Shown piece by piece: positions 33,501 through 47,431 of a DNA stretch of 64,000 nt. The notes under the pieces were generated by a model. The model did no database searches, had not been told where the DNA came from, and saw nothing but the letters and a program-made list of their open reading frames with translations. Source of the stretch: Iphione sp. A-MEVVRFRX5 (taxonomy: Eukaryota); NCBI GenBank assembly GCA_976226885.1, contig OZ320316.1, positions 81,716,001-81,780,000 of the forward strand, given 5' to 3'. Position 1 is the first letter of the stretch. Each line of letters begins with the position of its first letter. The position numbers were made by a program, and so were the translations under genes.

Positions 33501-34625
33501 TCAGGACAATCGGTCAGAAAAGAGAATAAACTCTCCTCGGGCTTACGACCAGATTAACCGACTGATAACCCGTTTTGTATACATTACGTTCTTTTCATTG
33601 GAAAATCGAAACAATCCTCGACATGTTTGTTTTTTTGCCATGAAATCTGATAATTTATTTGAAATTACTTTTATATACCTTAAGTTCGTAAATATTCAAA
33701 ATATCCCCGATTCAGAATGCTCAAGGAGCATGTCTGGAAAAAGATGTGGCCATAATGCCTGAATCACAAAGATCTGATTGAACTCATGTGGAGTAAATAC
33801 AAAACCTTGAACCGTGTGCTCTGCGCTGTGCAGAACCGCAAGCAGTCTTAAAAGGCAGCGCAAGACTCGATAAAGAACTGTTACCTTAGCGAACAATGGC
33901 CTTTTGTCATGACAGACAAATCAGGGGATCAAACGTTGGATGTACAATGGCTTTTGAAAAATCACTTTTCTGTATGCCCAGAATCATAGTCGCCCAAGAT
34001 GTTCGATTTCTTTCTAGTAATCTTAAATTACAAGGGAGCAGCTAAACGAATAGGTTTCCTGTCTTTTGATGAAAGGCGCCCGTGTCAGACAGGTTTTAAA
34101 TCTTTGCATATTCCTATAAATAAATCACGTAGGTTCTCTTCATACATTCAGACACAGGTGACAAAAGGTACCTTTAACTGTTGTTTGATTCGATGATATA
34201 ATTCCTCACCTATTAAACACAGGGCACATACGTTAGACATAACGCGATTCCATAAGCAGTAAATGGAAATTAAACCTTTGGATTTCGTTTATCTAATCTA
34301 TATTGCACTAATTGAGATCGCTCAAGAGGAAAGGATACAGGTACATTTTCATAGAGGACAGGTACCGTTTTTACAAAGGATATAAAAACAACACAGGAAC
34401 TATATACTACTGTGACCTGAGGCAAACGAGTGTGGCGTAGTTCTGTGCAGCTAACAAAACAGGCAGTGACATTCGTCATAGCTGCCCTCCCTTTATGACC
34501 ACAAAGCACATGCATAATGTATTCATAAAATTCGGGAATATATGATCGTTATCAGCAATGTTTGATCGTTGAGTGGACTATAATATTTCATAATATGTCA
34601 ATTCTGTCACCCATAAGAGAAATTA

Positions 34626-34962
34626 GGCCTAAACAAAAAATAGCTGTGTTTCCGGTAACCCGACCAACCCTAATTTTGGGGTTAATGTTAATTTTTATTT
34701 TATTCTTGTTTATGAATATCTCAGCAATGAATAAGAGTAGAGACTCATATAATACACCATTTTGTTCCTTAGACCATTAGCTTTCATTTGATATGTATTT
34801 CATGAAGATATAATCAATAGAACATATATTATTAGATTGATTTGTTGATGGGAGTATAATTTTACATTGAAAAAAAGAGAAATGAAAAAAATATACAACC
34901 GACCTACCGACCCTATATTTTTTCAGCATGTTACCGGAAACACAGAACTTTGTTTTTAGGCC
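34626..34962 (+). mobile_element. PIF/Harbinger-type MITE with TTA target-site duplication
   Basis: tta|ggcctaaacaaaaaatagctgtgtttccggtaac ... gttaccggaaacacagaactttgtttttaggcc|tta. Confidence 0.85.
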
Positions 34963-35604
34963 TTATGTGATAGAAAGCGGGAATATGCCGGTAAAATACA
35001 TGTAATTGTATGATTTCGTGTTCTATATTTCAAAAACTGTTTGTTGAGGAAAGAGTTACATATTTGGATGGCACTAGTGTGCTTATTTGCATACTACTAT
35101 ATTGAGGTGTGAACGAATACCGTTGCTGTTGAGACATCGGCAGTACTAGAACAAATGTCTTTACCATTTGGCTACAGCTTCTAGAATATTAGTACATGTA
35201 CATGTATATGGGGTATTAGATACCCATAGCACTGTCTCCATAATTCTGCACAACGAAGCGCTTTCTATTTACTTTCCTATGTGTGCCCAGAGAACTGTTT
35301 CATAAAAATAATTTCCAGCAAGCATAACCTCTTTACTTATAAAACATATTTCAAGTGAAACGTTTAAATTTCAAAGCATCATAGGCAGATTCCACACTGA
35401 CGATAGTCATTTTCTTAGGCCATCCCACAGGAACTTCTGATTGGTTAGTTCATATATCCCTTCACAGTGTCTTCACAGTGGATTAGCCCCCACCCCTAAA
35501 AATAACTGCGTTTCCAGTGACATGTTGCGAGATATAGGGTTGGTAGAGTGGTAGTTTCTTTTTTCATTCAACACAAATGTTACAGTAAACAAGCTAGAGA
35601 GTAC

Positions 35605-35954
35605 TTTATTTCATTTCATTTCATTGTATCTTTAACCAAGAACTAGATATTCTCTATCACATGACAGAGCTCTTACATATCCTCCTGGGGTAGCATACTA
35701 CCATCTATTGTTGAGAATTGAGAGACCAGAATACCTGGGGTTGTCCCCTACTCTTATTTCGAATAGGTTTCTGGGGTCTTTTTGTGCATAGGGGACAGAA
35801 TCCTATACACCCACGGCCTTTTTACGAGTTGTGGACCACTCTGGGTTGGGGCTACAGTAAATCTGTCTGGTCATGATCAAAAGTCCCAAGCCCGGGATTG
35901 AACCTGCAACCTTCCAATCAGTGGACTAGTGCTCTACCACTGAGCTAACTCCCC
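35605..35954 (-). mobile_element. tRNA-derived SINE, probably of the Meta-domain type
   Basis: Head GGGGAGTTAGCTCAGTGGTAGAGC...GGTTCAATCCCGGG has A and B boxes but no proper anticodon loop or acceptor stem. The central atgcacaaaaagaccccag...ttcgaaataagagtag resembles the Meta core (from memory). The 3' tail is (AATGA)n. Confidence 0.75.
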
Positions 35955-36188
35955 ACCCAATAATGGAATCATCATTTCTCCTGCTTGGATCTTACCAAAA
36001 CAGATATCTTATGAACGTGAAGGTCCTAGGTAAGAAAATGGTGTATCATAATTATAAATTCATTCTGGAGATATTCACAAAGCAAGAAAAAATGCAATAT
36101 ACCATCAGGACAAAAATCAGAGTAGGTTGGGTTAAGCGAAACACTTTAGTAGGTGTTACCTACTGGGGTGTTTCTGTTCATGCATATA

Positions 36189-36578
36189 CAGAGGTTACTC
36201 CAAAACCGAACACTCAAAAACCGAATTTCCCCAAATCCAAACATAATTGACTGGTACGAATTGTTTTTCTCTGTTGAAATACTCATATAACCAAACATTT
36301 CAATCCAAAATCCGAACGTTTTTCAGCCAATTTTGGTTGATTTTTGCCAGTTTTGGGAGGAATTTGGCTGGTTAATGACAAATTTGGCCGATTTTCGGAT
36401 GAATTTGCCTGAATGTCGCCGTTTTTTTAATGAATTTGGCTGAGTTTGCCGATTTTCTTACTGATTTGGCTGAGTATTGCCAAAAAGTGGCCTAAGGCCA
36501 CTTTTCAGAATCCGAATTTTCCCAAATCCGAACGATTTTGGTGGAAACGGCGATCGTCCGGATTTGGAGGATCAACTG
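36189..36578 (+). mobile_element. MITE family A reference copy with internal 31-bp array, TA-flanked
   Basis: ta|cagaggttactccaaaaccgaac ... gtccggatttggaggatcaactg|ta; the array aatttggccgattttcggatgaatttgcctg occurs about 5 times. Confidence 0.8.
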
Positions 36579-36722
36579 TAGTGTGTAGCATGTAGTGTGC
36601 ACACATGTAGCATGTTTTCAAATTAGGACATCTCCCAATCTGCCATATTTTCATGGCCATGATGGCATATTTTTAATGGTTACTCAGGTTATCCGCTGAG
36701 GAAATACACGGTGAATATGCTG

Positions 36723-36897
36723 CTCGGCCCGTAGGCAGGAATTTTGTTGGGGGTATCAGGTGATAACCCCAATACCCCCTTGACTATGGGTGAATGTCTG
36801 TATTGTACTGAACTATCTGAAATAGGGAGAGGTGGAATTCCTAGCTGTTGTGGAGGTATCGGACGATACCCCCGATACCCCCTTCGCTACAGGCGTG
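36723..36897. mobile_element. Possible hAT-like MITE
   Basis: cggcccgtaggcaggaatttt..gggggtatc start and gataccccc...cgctacaggcgtg end; TIRs imperfect and no clear 8-bp TSD. Confidence 0.3.
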
Positions 36898-39892
36898 CCA
36901 GTCGTGCACATACATGTATGGTGATGTGGCAACACTTTTCACAGCAACCCATCGACATGCTACATAAATGAAATATAGATTAAGCCTTAGGCCATGTTTC
37001 CAAATGTTTAAAAAGTGATTAGTCTGACACACAAAGGATGCGTACATTTATACATGCATTTAAGAATGGGACCTGTCCCTCTGTATATATGTCTGTGTGC
37101 ATGTTACTTAACGAGCGGATTTTGTGAAATTAGGGCCATTTGTGTGTAAGTTTATACCTTCCTGTGCTGTCTCTGCCCTCTTTCATGTACTTCAATGCTA
37201 AAAATGGACATGTGGGCTGTGACAAAAATGGGATAAGTCCCAATCCGAATATGATTTTATAAAAACATGGAAACACGTGTGGAAAACACGTAAAGAAAAC
37301 ATGGGCACACGGAATTTAAGCCTTAGCCTTAATTTCTGTGCGTGCAGGTTTGCTATCCTTTTTTGCTTAACCAACACTGAGTCCATATTTCTTTGAATGG
37401 AGCCCAAAACAAAGAAATATCGATTCCGTGTTGTCTCAATGGCCTGAAAGAATGACCTTATATACTGACGGAGTTTTGACAACCAAATGCTTTACTCCAG
37501 TGAATTTGAGGGTTTTCACTTTAATTTATACAAAAAAACTACTAATAAAGAGCGTTTTTCCTCTGCACGAAATATTAGTCTGTAGATGAGATACACATCA
37601 ACTGCGGTTCCGTTTCAGAATAATTAGTCCATTAGTTCCCGACGCAGTCCAGAGGAGGTAACAGAGGTTGCGTTTGAGTGTTTGCGCTATGGTTTTTTTC
37701 CCCACCTGTTGCCTACAGCCCCTAAATGTCAGGAGACAGTAACAGGGCTAATGATGTCTTTTTGTTTGTGACAAGAAGACATCATGATCATGCTGTCGTA
37801 GGCAAGCAGTCCCTAAAACATGGGCATTTGGTGGCGTCATTTGCGCGGCCGAGCGGCGGGCGGCCAAGCATAGGCCACAGGGCGCTGTCCGGGACGTCAC
37901 TACAACAGACAGCGGATCCCTTGATAGCCGAGTTGCCATAGGCGCCACCTCTTGTCTAGACGACATGAGAACGATACCCACATTGAATTGTCATCTGCAT
38001 GGAAAACACACATGGTTTATCAAATGGTACACGGCTCCCAGACGTTTCGCATTGCGCCCTCAAAAGGGAGCCTCAAATAGAGGTCATCATAACTGTCATG
38101 ATCTGCTTCCCCTCTATTATTTGCTGCCGCAGTGTAAGATCTACACGCCAAGCCACTAGCTGTCAGACCTAAGGACAGCTAGAAGTATTCTCTATATGTT
38201 TACCTGAGTTATGATATGAATCAACTTCTCGCCTTAGATAGATACTGAGCATCCGCTGCACAACAAAAACAATATGGAGAGTTTAGTACCTGAAGTATAT
38301 TTTATAATCTAAGAAGAAGGTAACAAGCCTTGCGATGTAGCATCTCTTAATCTTGATTTTTTTTCATCTTGTGCAGGCACGAATGTCTTGAACCAGATTA
38401 TATAAACCGTATAAACCGCGTGTCATAGATGGGTATCTATAGACTAGTTCACGAACTTGCAGTTGGCGAATATTTACTACAGAAAGGTAGACTAGAGGGC
38501 AGACAATACATGCCATCTGCTGATCACGATACGTACGTTCTCTAAAAGGACCTCAAATCCGTTTTCGAGAATTTCGCCGTCTGATTTTCCATTGAATCAC
38601 ATTTCACAGGAACTGCTACAGGAGCGCACCCACGTCAGGCTTCAAGGAAAGGAGGCTATCTTCCTGCAGGTAAAGCCTTCCTTGAAACAATGACGAGAGA
38701 CATCCTCTTGTTAGCCTCCTTGGTAAGAAGTTAGAGGTAATGACGAAACCGCAATGTGTCAGCGTTCATTAATAGTACACTCAAGATGAGCTGGACTAAC
38801 AAAGCGTAAATCTGTAGCTGTTAAATAACGTACAATTATCCGTTTTACAATACATTACCCACTGTTAAACAAATACTTGGAAATAAAGGATACCATGGGA
38901 CATTCAACAAGCCAGCTATACGGGGAAAAAAACTTAGCTTAATGTAATGACGAGAGGAAGTGTCAAACGCAGGTCGTTTGTTCTAATGGTGCTAATACCC
39001 CAAACAAAACAGGTCTGGAATCTACTGCTCCTGTTTTGAGTCACCAAACCTTTTTGCAGATGATATCTAATTAATAAACCTGTCGCTTCCATTTGGTTGG
39101 TCGAAATGCTAGGTTTACTGAGACAATCTACGAAAGTCATGCCCCAATAACATTTAGAAAATGTGTGGTTCCAATGTGACAGGGACATTAATTCTGCTAG
39201 GGGTTTTCTATGGGTGACACTGAGAAGCCTTCATTAGAACGGCATTGTTCAGAAAGCAGTCAATCAATACAAGGATTCAGTCATTAGTGAAGTTCTGCAA
39301 GGATCACAAAACATTCCATTTGATCTAAGGGCGTTCCTGGGGCCGCTTGGTTCGTTACTATAGAATGCGCATATCATTTATTCGTTCCTCGACTCCATGG
39401 TACAGAGTTCCAACTGAGCATAGATACGAATGACGGTGACAATAGAAGTCAGAAACGTATTTATAGTAAGCCAGCGACCGATTCCCTGGGTTCGTTAAAC
39501 TGACGTGACATTTACACCTTCAACAGAGGATGCACATTTCCTATGGGTATTCACTATGAATAAATGAGATACAGCATACTGGTCGAATATGATTTGTGAA
39601 TAAAAGTGACCTTATTTTTGAACGATGCTCCCTCCCATTCCTAGGACACAAATTCTAGCCGGACGAAATGCATGTGCCTTACTTGCCAACTCCATCAATA
39701 TTCTGCAGCCATTGGACTACGGGGCCAATGCGTGTGTAAGGAAGAAGTACCAGGAGGAGTTGCTAGAACATTAAGGAGACTCAGGAAAGATCTCCATGAA
39801 GGTCAAAGCTAACAGAGTAGTGCCGAGCCTGCAGAGGGGTGGGGTCCAGCCCCATTCTGACCGATTTGTATCATAAATAGAGTACGATTTTC

Positions 39893-39967
39893 CCGACAAA
39901 TTTCCTGCATGGAGCATTTTCCCGTCAAATTTGCTGCATGTAGCGTTTTCTCCATCAAATTTGCCAT
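39893..39967. repeat. Short ~31-bp minisatellite (2.5 units)
   Basis: ttttcccgacaaatttcctgcatggagca / ttttcccgtcaaatttgctgcatgtagcg / ttttctccatcaaatttgcc. Confidence 0.75.
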
Positions 39968-42900
39968 ATATTTATGTTTCGAAATTATCTAACATAGGTT
40001 CAACCACAGTCTTTTATTTAGCGATGCACTCATGCAACACACAGATGCAAATTAAAGAAACCCCTTATGCATCAACACGTCTTTTCAGTAATTGAGCATG
40101 CAATGCAAATGTATGTCAACTGTGCATCAAAACCTAAACCTTAGAATGTTGTGTAGAATGGGCACAGTAGTTTCATGTAATGCCATGATTCATGCCCAAG
40201 TGTAAACATTAGGAAGAGTATTTGTGTTTCTGCTCAGATAAGCTTAGGAAATCGTTAAGGTTAGGAAATCGTTACGTGTACAGTATCCAGAAACTGAAAT
40301 GTGATTTTAATAAATTTGCAAACTTCAACTTTGAGAAAGATAATCACGAGCTCAAATCTACTAGGCGCTAAAACTAGCCGATATCGAAACTGCCACCTGA
40401 GGTACCAAGAAGTCGGCTTGGCATCACTTTCCATTTCACAGCCGTTTTTATCAGGGCTTTTTGGCTATTGCACAAAATTAATATGCGGAAATGCTTCCAG
40501 GCTTACACGAAAAATCGAATTGATTTAGTTTGTGTAGATTCGTCCGGTTTCTATGAACGTAATTAGAGGTTACAACAAACTACGGAAAAGCGAACGTAAG
40601 AAGATGGGACCGTGACCTTTCTTCATGACAATATTTATGAACCTCATTTCGTCCTTTTTTCGTCTACCTTTAAAAAGAGGGCCTCAGAATACAATACAGG
40701 ACGTTCCTGAGAACAACGCCCTAGCAAAGTAGCACGACGCCTCATTTTAAAAGTTTCTCTATTTGGAAAGTGCCAGGTGAAATTTTAAGTCACAGCAGGT
40801 TTACTGCCAACGGAAACCACCAGTCTCAAGGCTTAATCAATGAGCGTCATTTCACCAACAAATAACCGACTCATGCTGGTATTTTTGTTTGATTGCCTTC
40901 CCATAGAAGCCTCATTAGAGTTAACATCTAATTTAAGACGCCTGGCTTTAGGCCACGGTGCCCTAGATATTTGTAAATAAAGCTAATAGTTTTGGCGGTG
41001 TGAGATCGGCGTTTGGCCAGAGCGATACGGCTCAGGCGGACGTTTACCAAGAAAATTGCTGACTGAAAATAGCACGGGTAGTATTTGCTTTACCTGTTCG
41101 TGGGCAGGGGAGTGAGCAGAAGCACATTTCGCATGACTTCGCCAGGCGAAAACTTACCGGCCCTGCTCTCCCGTGACAACACTTTGTCTGTCGTGCTTGC
41201 ATCTTTAGAACACCGGTTACAAACAGCTGACTACCAAACCCATTGCAGTGTACTCCCCTTGATGAAAAGGCCTCATTGCTTTCATCACCGTTGTTCAAGG
41301 ATAAACCAGGCTTGATGTAACAAGACCCATATTCTTTGCGCCTGTGCTCAATCAATGAATCGTTTTCTGAGTAAGAGGCTTTGTTTTGCCAAGTGTATGC
41401 GTCAAAAGTGTGATGGCCTGTGCTGAAATGCTACTCCATTAACCTGGCTTTTTATGAGTACCAAAATTTGGATATATCGAATTTCACAGCGCAAGTAAAG
41501 GTCTGTGTATAAATCGATCCTACTTTGCTCAATTGCGGCTTCTATGAAAAGGCCAAAGAATTGACGTATTCTGTTGAATCAATCTGGCCACTTGGAGTAT
41601 CCTTTTCCATAAAATCTCTATCGTGGTTAGTGTTTACTCAGCTTTCATCACTGTAGAACTCCACTCTGAGAAGACTAGTTGACAGCATGATCGATTAATT
41701 TAATCCCAGGCTTGCCATCTCCGTCAATGATAGCTCGACCTGTACAAAGAGAGGTAGAGACTCCAAAGTGACAGTGACTCGTCAAGGCAGTCAGATCCGT
41801 TCCTTAATGCGGGATACAATCACACCCCCTCACTGTCCATTTCACCAACGCCAGCCTTTTCTCGCGAACGGCAAACACCTGCGCGTTACCATTATTAGTA
41901 ATCAGCGCCACAGGCGGTACCCACCAACAACCCTACAGGCATGGCTCAAGGCACTGCAGACGCAGGCTGGGAAGACCCAAATAATGCGTCCTTTTTAGAC
42001 CAAGCATGGCTTTGGGATGGCCGTAAAAGCTTTCCTATAAGTGTATTGATTGATAGGCCAGTTTCGTTTTGTCATGGAAAGCTGAACTGAAAGGGAAATG
42101 ATTTAGTATTCCTTTGAGTGGGGAAATTCTCGCGCGACTTGAATTAATAAAAAAAAGACGTCTGACTTCCAACCTCACCTTCTCACAGATTGGAGACGAT
42201 AGCTTCCTTTACTTCAGTCCCCAGTAGAATGATGTTTATGCACCTTTACCAAGCTTTGGGAATACGACTATATTTTTCACTGTCTCAGCCCGAAGGAAAG
42301 TTCGTGATTCCCATATTTATTCATGCTCATTGTTCTCTTGTGCTACGACGAGGATACTGACAGTATACTAATGCAAGTGCTCAAATGAGGATGCTCGCAG
42401 CTAGCCGGGATTTTTTTGGGGTATTGAAGATACCTTGTACTTTCGTAAAATTTAAAAATAGCCAGTTGGCTTTATCTCTACGGCACAGCTCCCTCTGCCG
42501 CTCTTTGAAAGAACCAGTAAGAGTAATGGAAGGTCTACGCAGACAACTTTATGATAGGACCAATACCATAAAGCGAATAAAAGCAGCCTCGCTGTGGCCG
42601 GGATATGAGATTCCATGAAGGCGTAGAAGTGTTTGCCTATATCAAATCTCCGGAGTGTGGTGTGGGTGTGAATTAACGGGATAGGCAGGCAAGCATGCCT
42701 TATACGCAATGAGAGATAAGGACGGGTGGGGCTCAAGTAACTGAACGTGAGCGCAATTTTGCTCATTCTAGTGGCTACTAGAAACAGAGAGTCACCACAT
42801 TAGTACGCCATGAGCGTGATAAGTAACGGTTGTATATCGGGCCAGCTTTCGAAGTCACGCTTCACATGCAGTGACGGGTATACAGTCGCATGCCTTATCC

Positions 42901-44759
42901 CATCAGGTGCTTTTGATTTCTGTGAGCCAAAAAACTGTTCGTGTCGACTAACACTACGGCGTACACATGGAGGTGTTTTTATTGGCGGCTGAGGCTTTAA
43001 CAGAAAGGTAGCATTGGCAGTCGCTGGTTAGATATAATACGGCCATCAACTCGCCAACAAATCACCGGATGGCGCACGCCTGCGCACATCTAACGGACAC
43101 ACACATACACACACTCACATACACAAAGGCATCTGCCGCTCGTCATGACCCGCGCCCATTATTACCCATGCGGTGATCCATCACGAACACAGGCAGTGAC
43201 GTGATATACGGTGCCTCTCAGGGACGCCTTCGGGACGCCCTGGCAGGATCCAGCATCGACCTTACAGGCTAAGCATCCCACCCCACTCTCCATTGAGAAT
43301 CTTCATCATTATAGTAATATGCCACGCCTTCCATTCCTGCCAGCTGCTTTTCTAAGTTGGTACTCAAAAGTGTGCTTCATGACAGAGGAGGGAGGTTGCC
43401 CTTCATAATACATGCCCGTTACTTGGAACAGGAAACCCTTCCGATAGCGTAAAGAAGATTACCATTACCTAGATGCGTGGAGATTTCCATCCCCGCCGAG
43501 TGAACATCAAGAAAGGTCGCTGCTTCAGGACAGCTTCACGGCTTCGACTGAGCTGCTTGTTGTCTATATTATGATCATTTGTAGATCTAAATGCTAATAG
43601 TAGTATATAAATGTCATGTAGTCTATCCGGAGGGAAGGTTTCCCATTAACTGGTATGTGCTACATTACCTTCTCATCATTTTTCTTCATTCGCTCTGTGC
43701 TATCATTTTCAAAGGATCTATCGACAGGGCATCGTCCTGTAATATACGAGAGAGGTACATAAAGCCAAATGTAAACTTTGAAACATGAGACATTGAAAAG
43801 TAGAGACCTTCTCATTTATATATGGATGCTGTTTTCAAAGATTCCAATTTCTACACAGGACTTTCAAAATTAATTTGTTTCAAAGTCCCGGTTTCGCGTC
43901 AGGCGAACAATGTTATGCACAAAAGGGCATCTGAATTATTTTTAAAACACAAATTACATGTATATGAAGGTAAGATAATGCTATGAAACGATATCTGTTA
44001 TATTCAGTTTGAATGCACCAGCAGGCTCAGAGTTATCAATGCGCATCGTCCCAGGAGGAATCTCTGAAAACCGAAATTAATTTGTACAGATTAATACCTA
44101 TGCAATTGGATTATGTGCATATGCCATAACCATGCACTACGGAGATGTGGAAGGTCAGTAAATCGTTCTTGAGGGCAAATTAGAATTGCAATTTAGAAAA
44201 GTGTAGTATGCAAATAACTGTTGGACATGAAGAGTAGCTTCATGTGGAAAGGGCAATCAGATGGTTGACAAGCTCCCGACAGCATAATTAGGCTTTTCCT
44301 GATAGGATTTTCTGTTCACTATACTGTGCCCCATTAATATCGTTTATATCTTGTTGGTATTAACTCAGATCATTTGATGATGTTGAAATCTTTTCTCTAG
44401 AAACCTAATTCCAGTATAATCATGAACATATTGCATGTAAATATGCGAACTGTGATATATTCAAGTTTAGAAAAATGTGCAAAACTCCTTCTCACAATTA
44501 CTAAAATATTTAAAACTAGCAACATTACAGTAATATGATTTTCAAAAATTAAGGATTGCTGTTTACAGGGATAGGTCACCCAACTATGTTAAACTGTAAA
44601 GCAATATTGTTCTTAACTAGGAACACATGGGGTAGCGAGTGGCAGTGGTGTAAGTTGAAGTTCTATTTTCACAATTGCAACATCAGTTGATATGAGGTCT
44701 AACAATTTAAACGAAAAATTATTTATAATATGGGATCAGGCTATGTACAGGATGAAACA

Positions 44760-46700
44760 GAATGAAAATAATGTACAAAATGGGATGAACTAGCATAGAC
44801 ACATATTCATTTCAGACGGACCAGACAAGCATAACAATAATTAAAGCCTTAGGAAAGTCTGTAGTTTTCTTTTGTAAATTTATCCAAAATTATTGGTTTG
44901 GCGATTTGTTTGAATTTGATATTGATAAGGTATTCGCAACTGTGTTAGGCAGTGAATTTCATTATTTTATGCCTTTGTATAAATAGGAATTCTTGAACAT
45001 CAATTTCGTTATCTTTACACCAGGTTCCTGTTTTGTCTAGCTCCATATGTAGATTCTTAAATCTGGTGACTTCATTCTTATCACTACAGCTTAATGCAGC
45101 GTTGGCATACATATAACGTTTGAAATGCAGTCCAGTTTATCTAAGACTTTAAGAAACAATACAGTCATGCCTGAGGATGCTCCCTTAGGAAATTCTATTA
45201 TTTACTGATTTCAGTCTTTATCATTAGGCATGACACATTGCTGCTTGTTACTGAGATAACTTTCAAACCAAGAAATGCTATTTTGCGATTCCTAGAATTA
45301 TCAGCTTTGGTCAACAGAGTCTGGTGGTAAACTGAGTTGAAACATTTTGAGTAGTCCGGGTATACAGCAGTCACAAATTCTTTGTTATCAAACCTCAGAC
45401 GCATGCCATCTATAAAATCTGCAATGGCATCGTTTATGGATTTACCCTTCACGGAACCATATAGTCTGCTGGTAAGTGATTCATTGTGAAGTATTTCATC
45501 GTTTGCATAAAGACACAGCCTGAAAAAATTCATAATGTAGGTAACAGACTTTATGTAATTGGATGGAAATTTTTCAAGCATGTTTAATCCCTACCTTTGG
45601 GATTATTGTTGTTGGTAGTTTGTGGGAATAACCCAACTTTCTGCAATAACATTTAGCAAGTGCACAGATTCTTTTGTAAGAGATCCTAATGACTTTTGCA
45701 ATATTTGTTAATTTTATGTCCCCACGGCCCCTATGTTTTAGGACTTGTATCATCTATAAGCTTACCGTTTGTAACATCAATTAGTTTTTGCGACAATTTA
45801 CTAATGACATTGTTCCACACTTATTTAACAGATTGAGGTCCATCCTAGCAAAATAAAACTATCGTACCCTGGCAGTTTGGCTATAGTCTCCCTGACTGCA
45901 AGTTTAGTGTACAGCCTTAATGAAAGATTTAATGTTGCATGAAAAAGGTTTCTAATCAATTATTTTATCCTCTAGGGTGTCACATTAATTAATCATTAAT
46001 GAGTTTCCAAAGTGTCAGTCATGATTTCCTCTAGAGGAGGTAGTCTGACGTGTAGGTTTTTCATTCTGCAATGATAATCCATACCCACTCATGATAGCAT
46101 CCAGTTCAGGCAAGTGTACATTAGGGTCTTCTGTTAAGCAATTCATATTCATATTTTCTACAAGTATGGCATTAATTAGTTCTAGGATGTGCCGATGGTT
46201 CTTCCTTATGTTTCACTAGGTTCTTGAAGTTGCCTTTTGCTGCATTATAGCAAAATATACTTGTGTAAGGCTTGCCTCAGTTCTGTCTAGATTTATTTTA
46301 ATCAAATTAACTATGTTCCTAGGATAACCCTCTTGTTTTGTCTGCAACATCTCTCTGTTTCATCTGTATATGTTAAATCATTGATTGTTATGAGAGGTGA
46401 CGTACTTTATACAAGTTGATTGATCAAGATCAGTCTTGCACAGTTAAGGATTATATGCAGCCACTTCACAATCACGAGATATATAAATGAACTATTTGAA
46501 TCCGTGACAAGTAAGCAATAACTTATGCCCAAACATTATTTGTAGTTTAAATCATGTAGTAGTCCAATTTGAGACCTTCGGGCTGTGCTATGCTAGGAGA
46601 CGCATCCACCTCATTGAATGTAATATTGAAATCAAGTTGTGTATCAAGACAATGTGGGTAGAGATGTGTTACCCAATGAGGAGATTTAGGCAACCTGTAA
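44760..46700 (-). mobile_element. Decayed CR1/L2-group LINE ORF2 fragment
   Basis: ORF 45198-45581 contains LYGSVKGKSINDAIADF....FDNKEFVTAVYPDYSKCFNSVYHQTLLTK (RT motifs), followed by a degenerate VP-GSILG. There are many stops; boundaries are approximate. Confidence 0.8.
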
Positions 46701-47431
46701 AGTGAAGTGGATGATATTTTGGAAACACTCACTTCTAGTTGTTTACAAAGAAAATACAAGCAGGTAATATGCTAGGTCTATTATTGGAGTTTCTTGAAGC
46801 ATAATGACTGATTTACGGTATGAGAGGCACCCAACGCTTTGTTATTGGTGTTGATGCAGGGTCATATATCAGGAATGTTCCTAACATACAGTGCTATGTA
46901 CATAAGCTGTACAACGTAATGGATGTTACTTTAGGGGTTATAACCTCTGTTTGTCACATACCATCAACCAAATATTCATATGGCCAGGTCACTTACTATA
47001 GAGTCAACAAAACTGAAGATACAACTACATTCACTGAATAGAGAGGCATCAACCTCTTCTGGTCCAGATGTGATAAGCGCTGATGGGTATTACTGTGATG
47101 ATGATCGAAATAACTTGTAGAATGTAATAAGTGTTTTTAGGTATCCGCCTACAATATTTTCAAATTTTGCACAAACATAAATATAGCGAGGTCAAATTAG
47201 ATACAAACACTGAAGAGCTCAACAAATGAAGAGGCAACCCGTTCTACTGGAATGTAGTTGTTCATTTATTTAACAGTGAGCCATGGCTGTCATGTGGTTT
47301 CAGTGATCTGGGGTATTTGGAAACCTGTGCTTATATTTTCATGTAGTCAGTCCAGCTGCCCCTGGTAGTGAATAGTTAGGTCATTCTGCCACAGTCCTTG
47401 ATGTCTAAAATGAAAAAAATGAAAATTAGTA

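Noticed and set aside
35891-35954. tRNA gene
   Set aside because: No 7-nt anticodon loop or closing acceptor stem, and it continues into a SINE body and tail.
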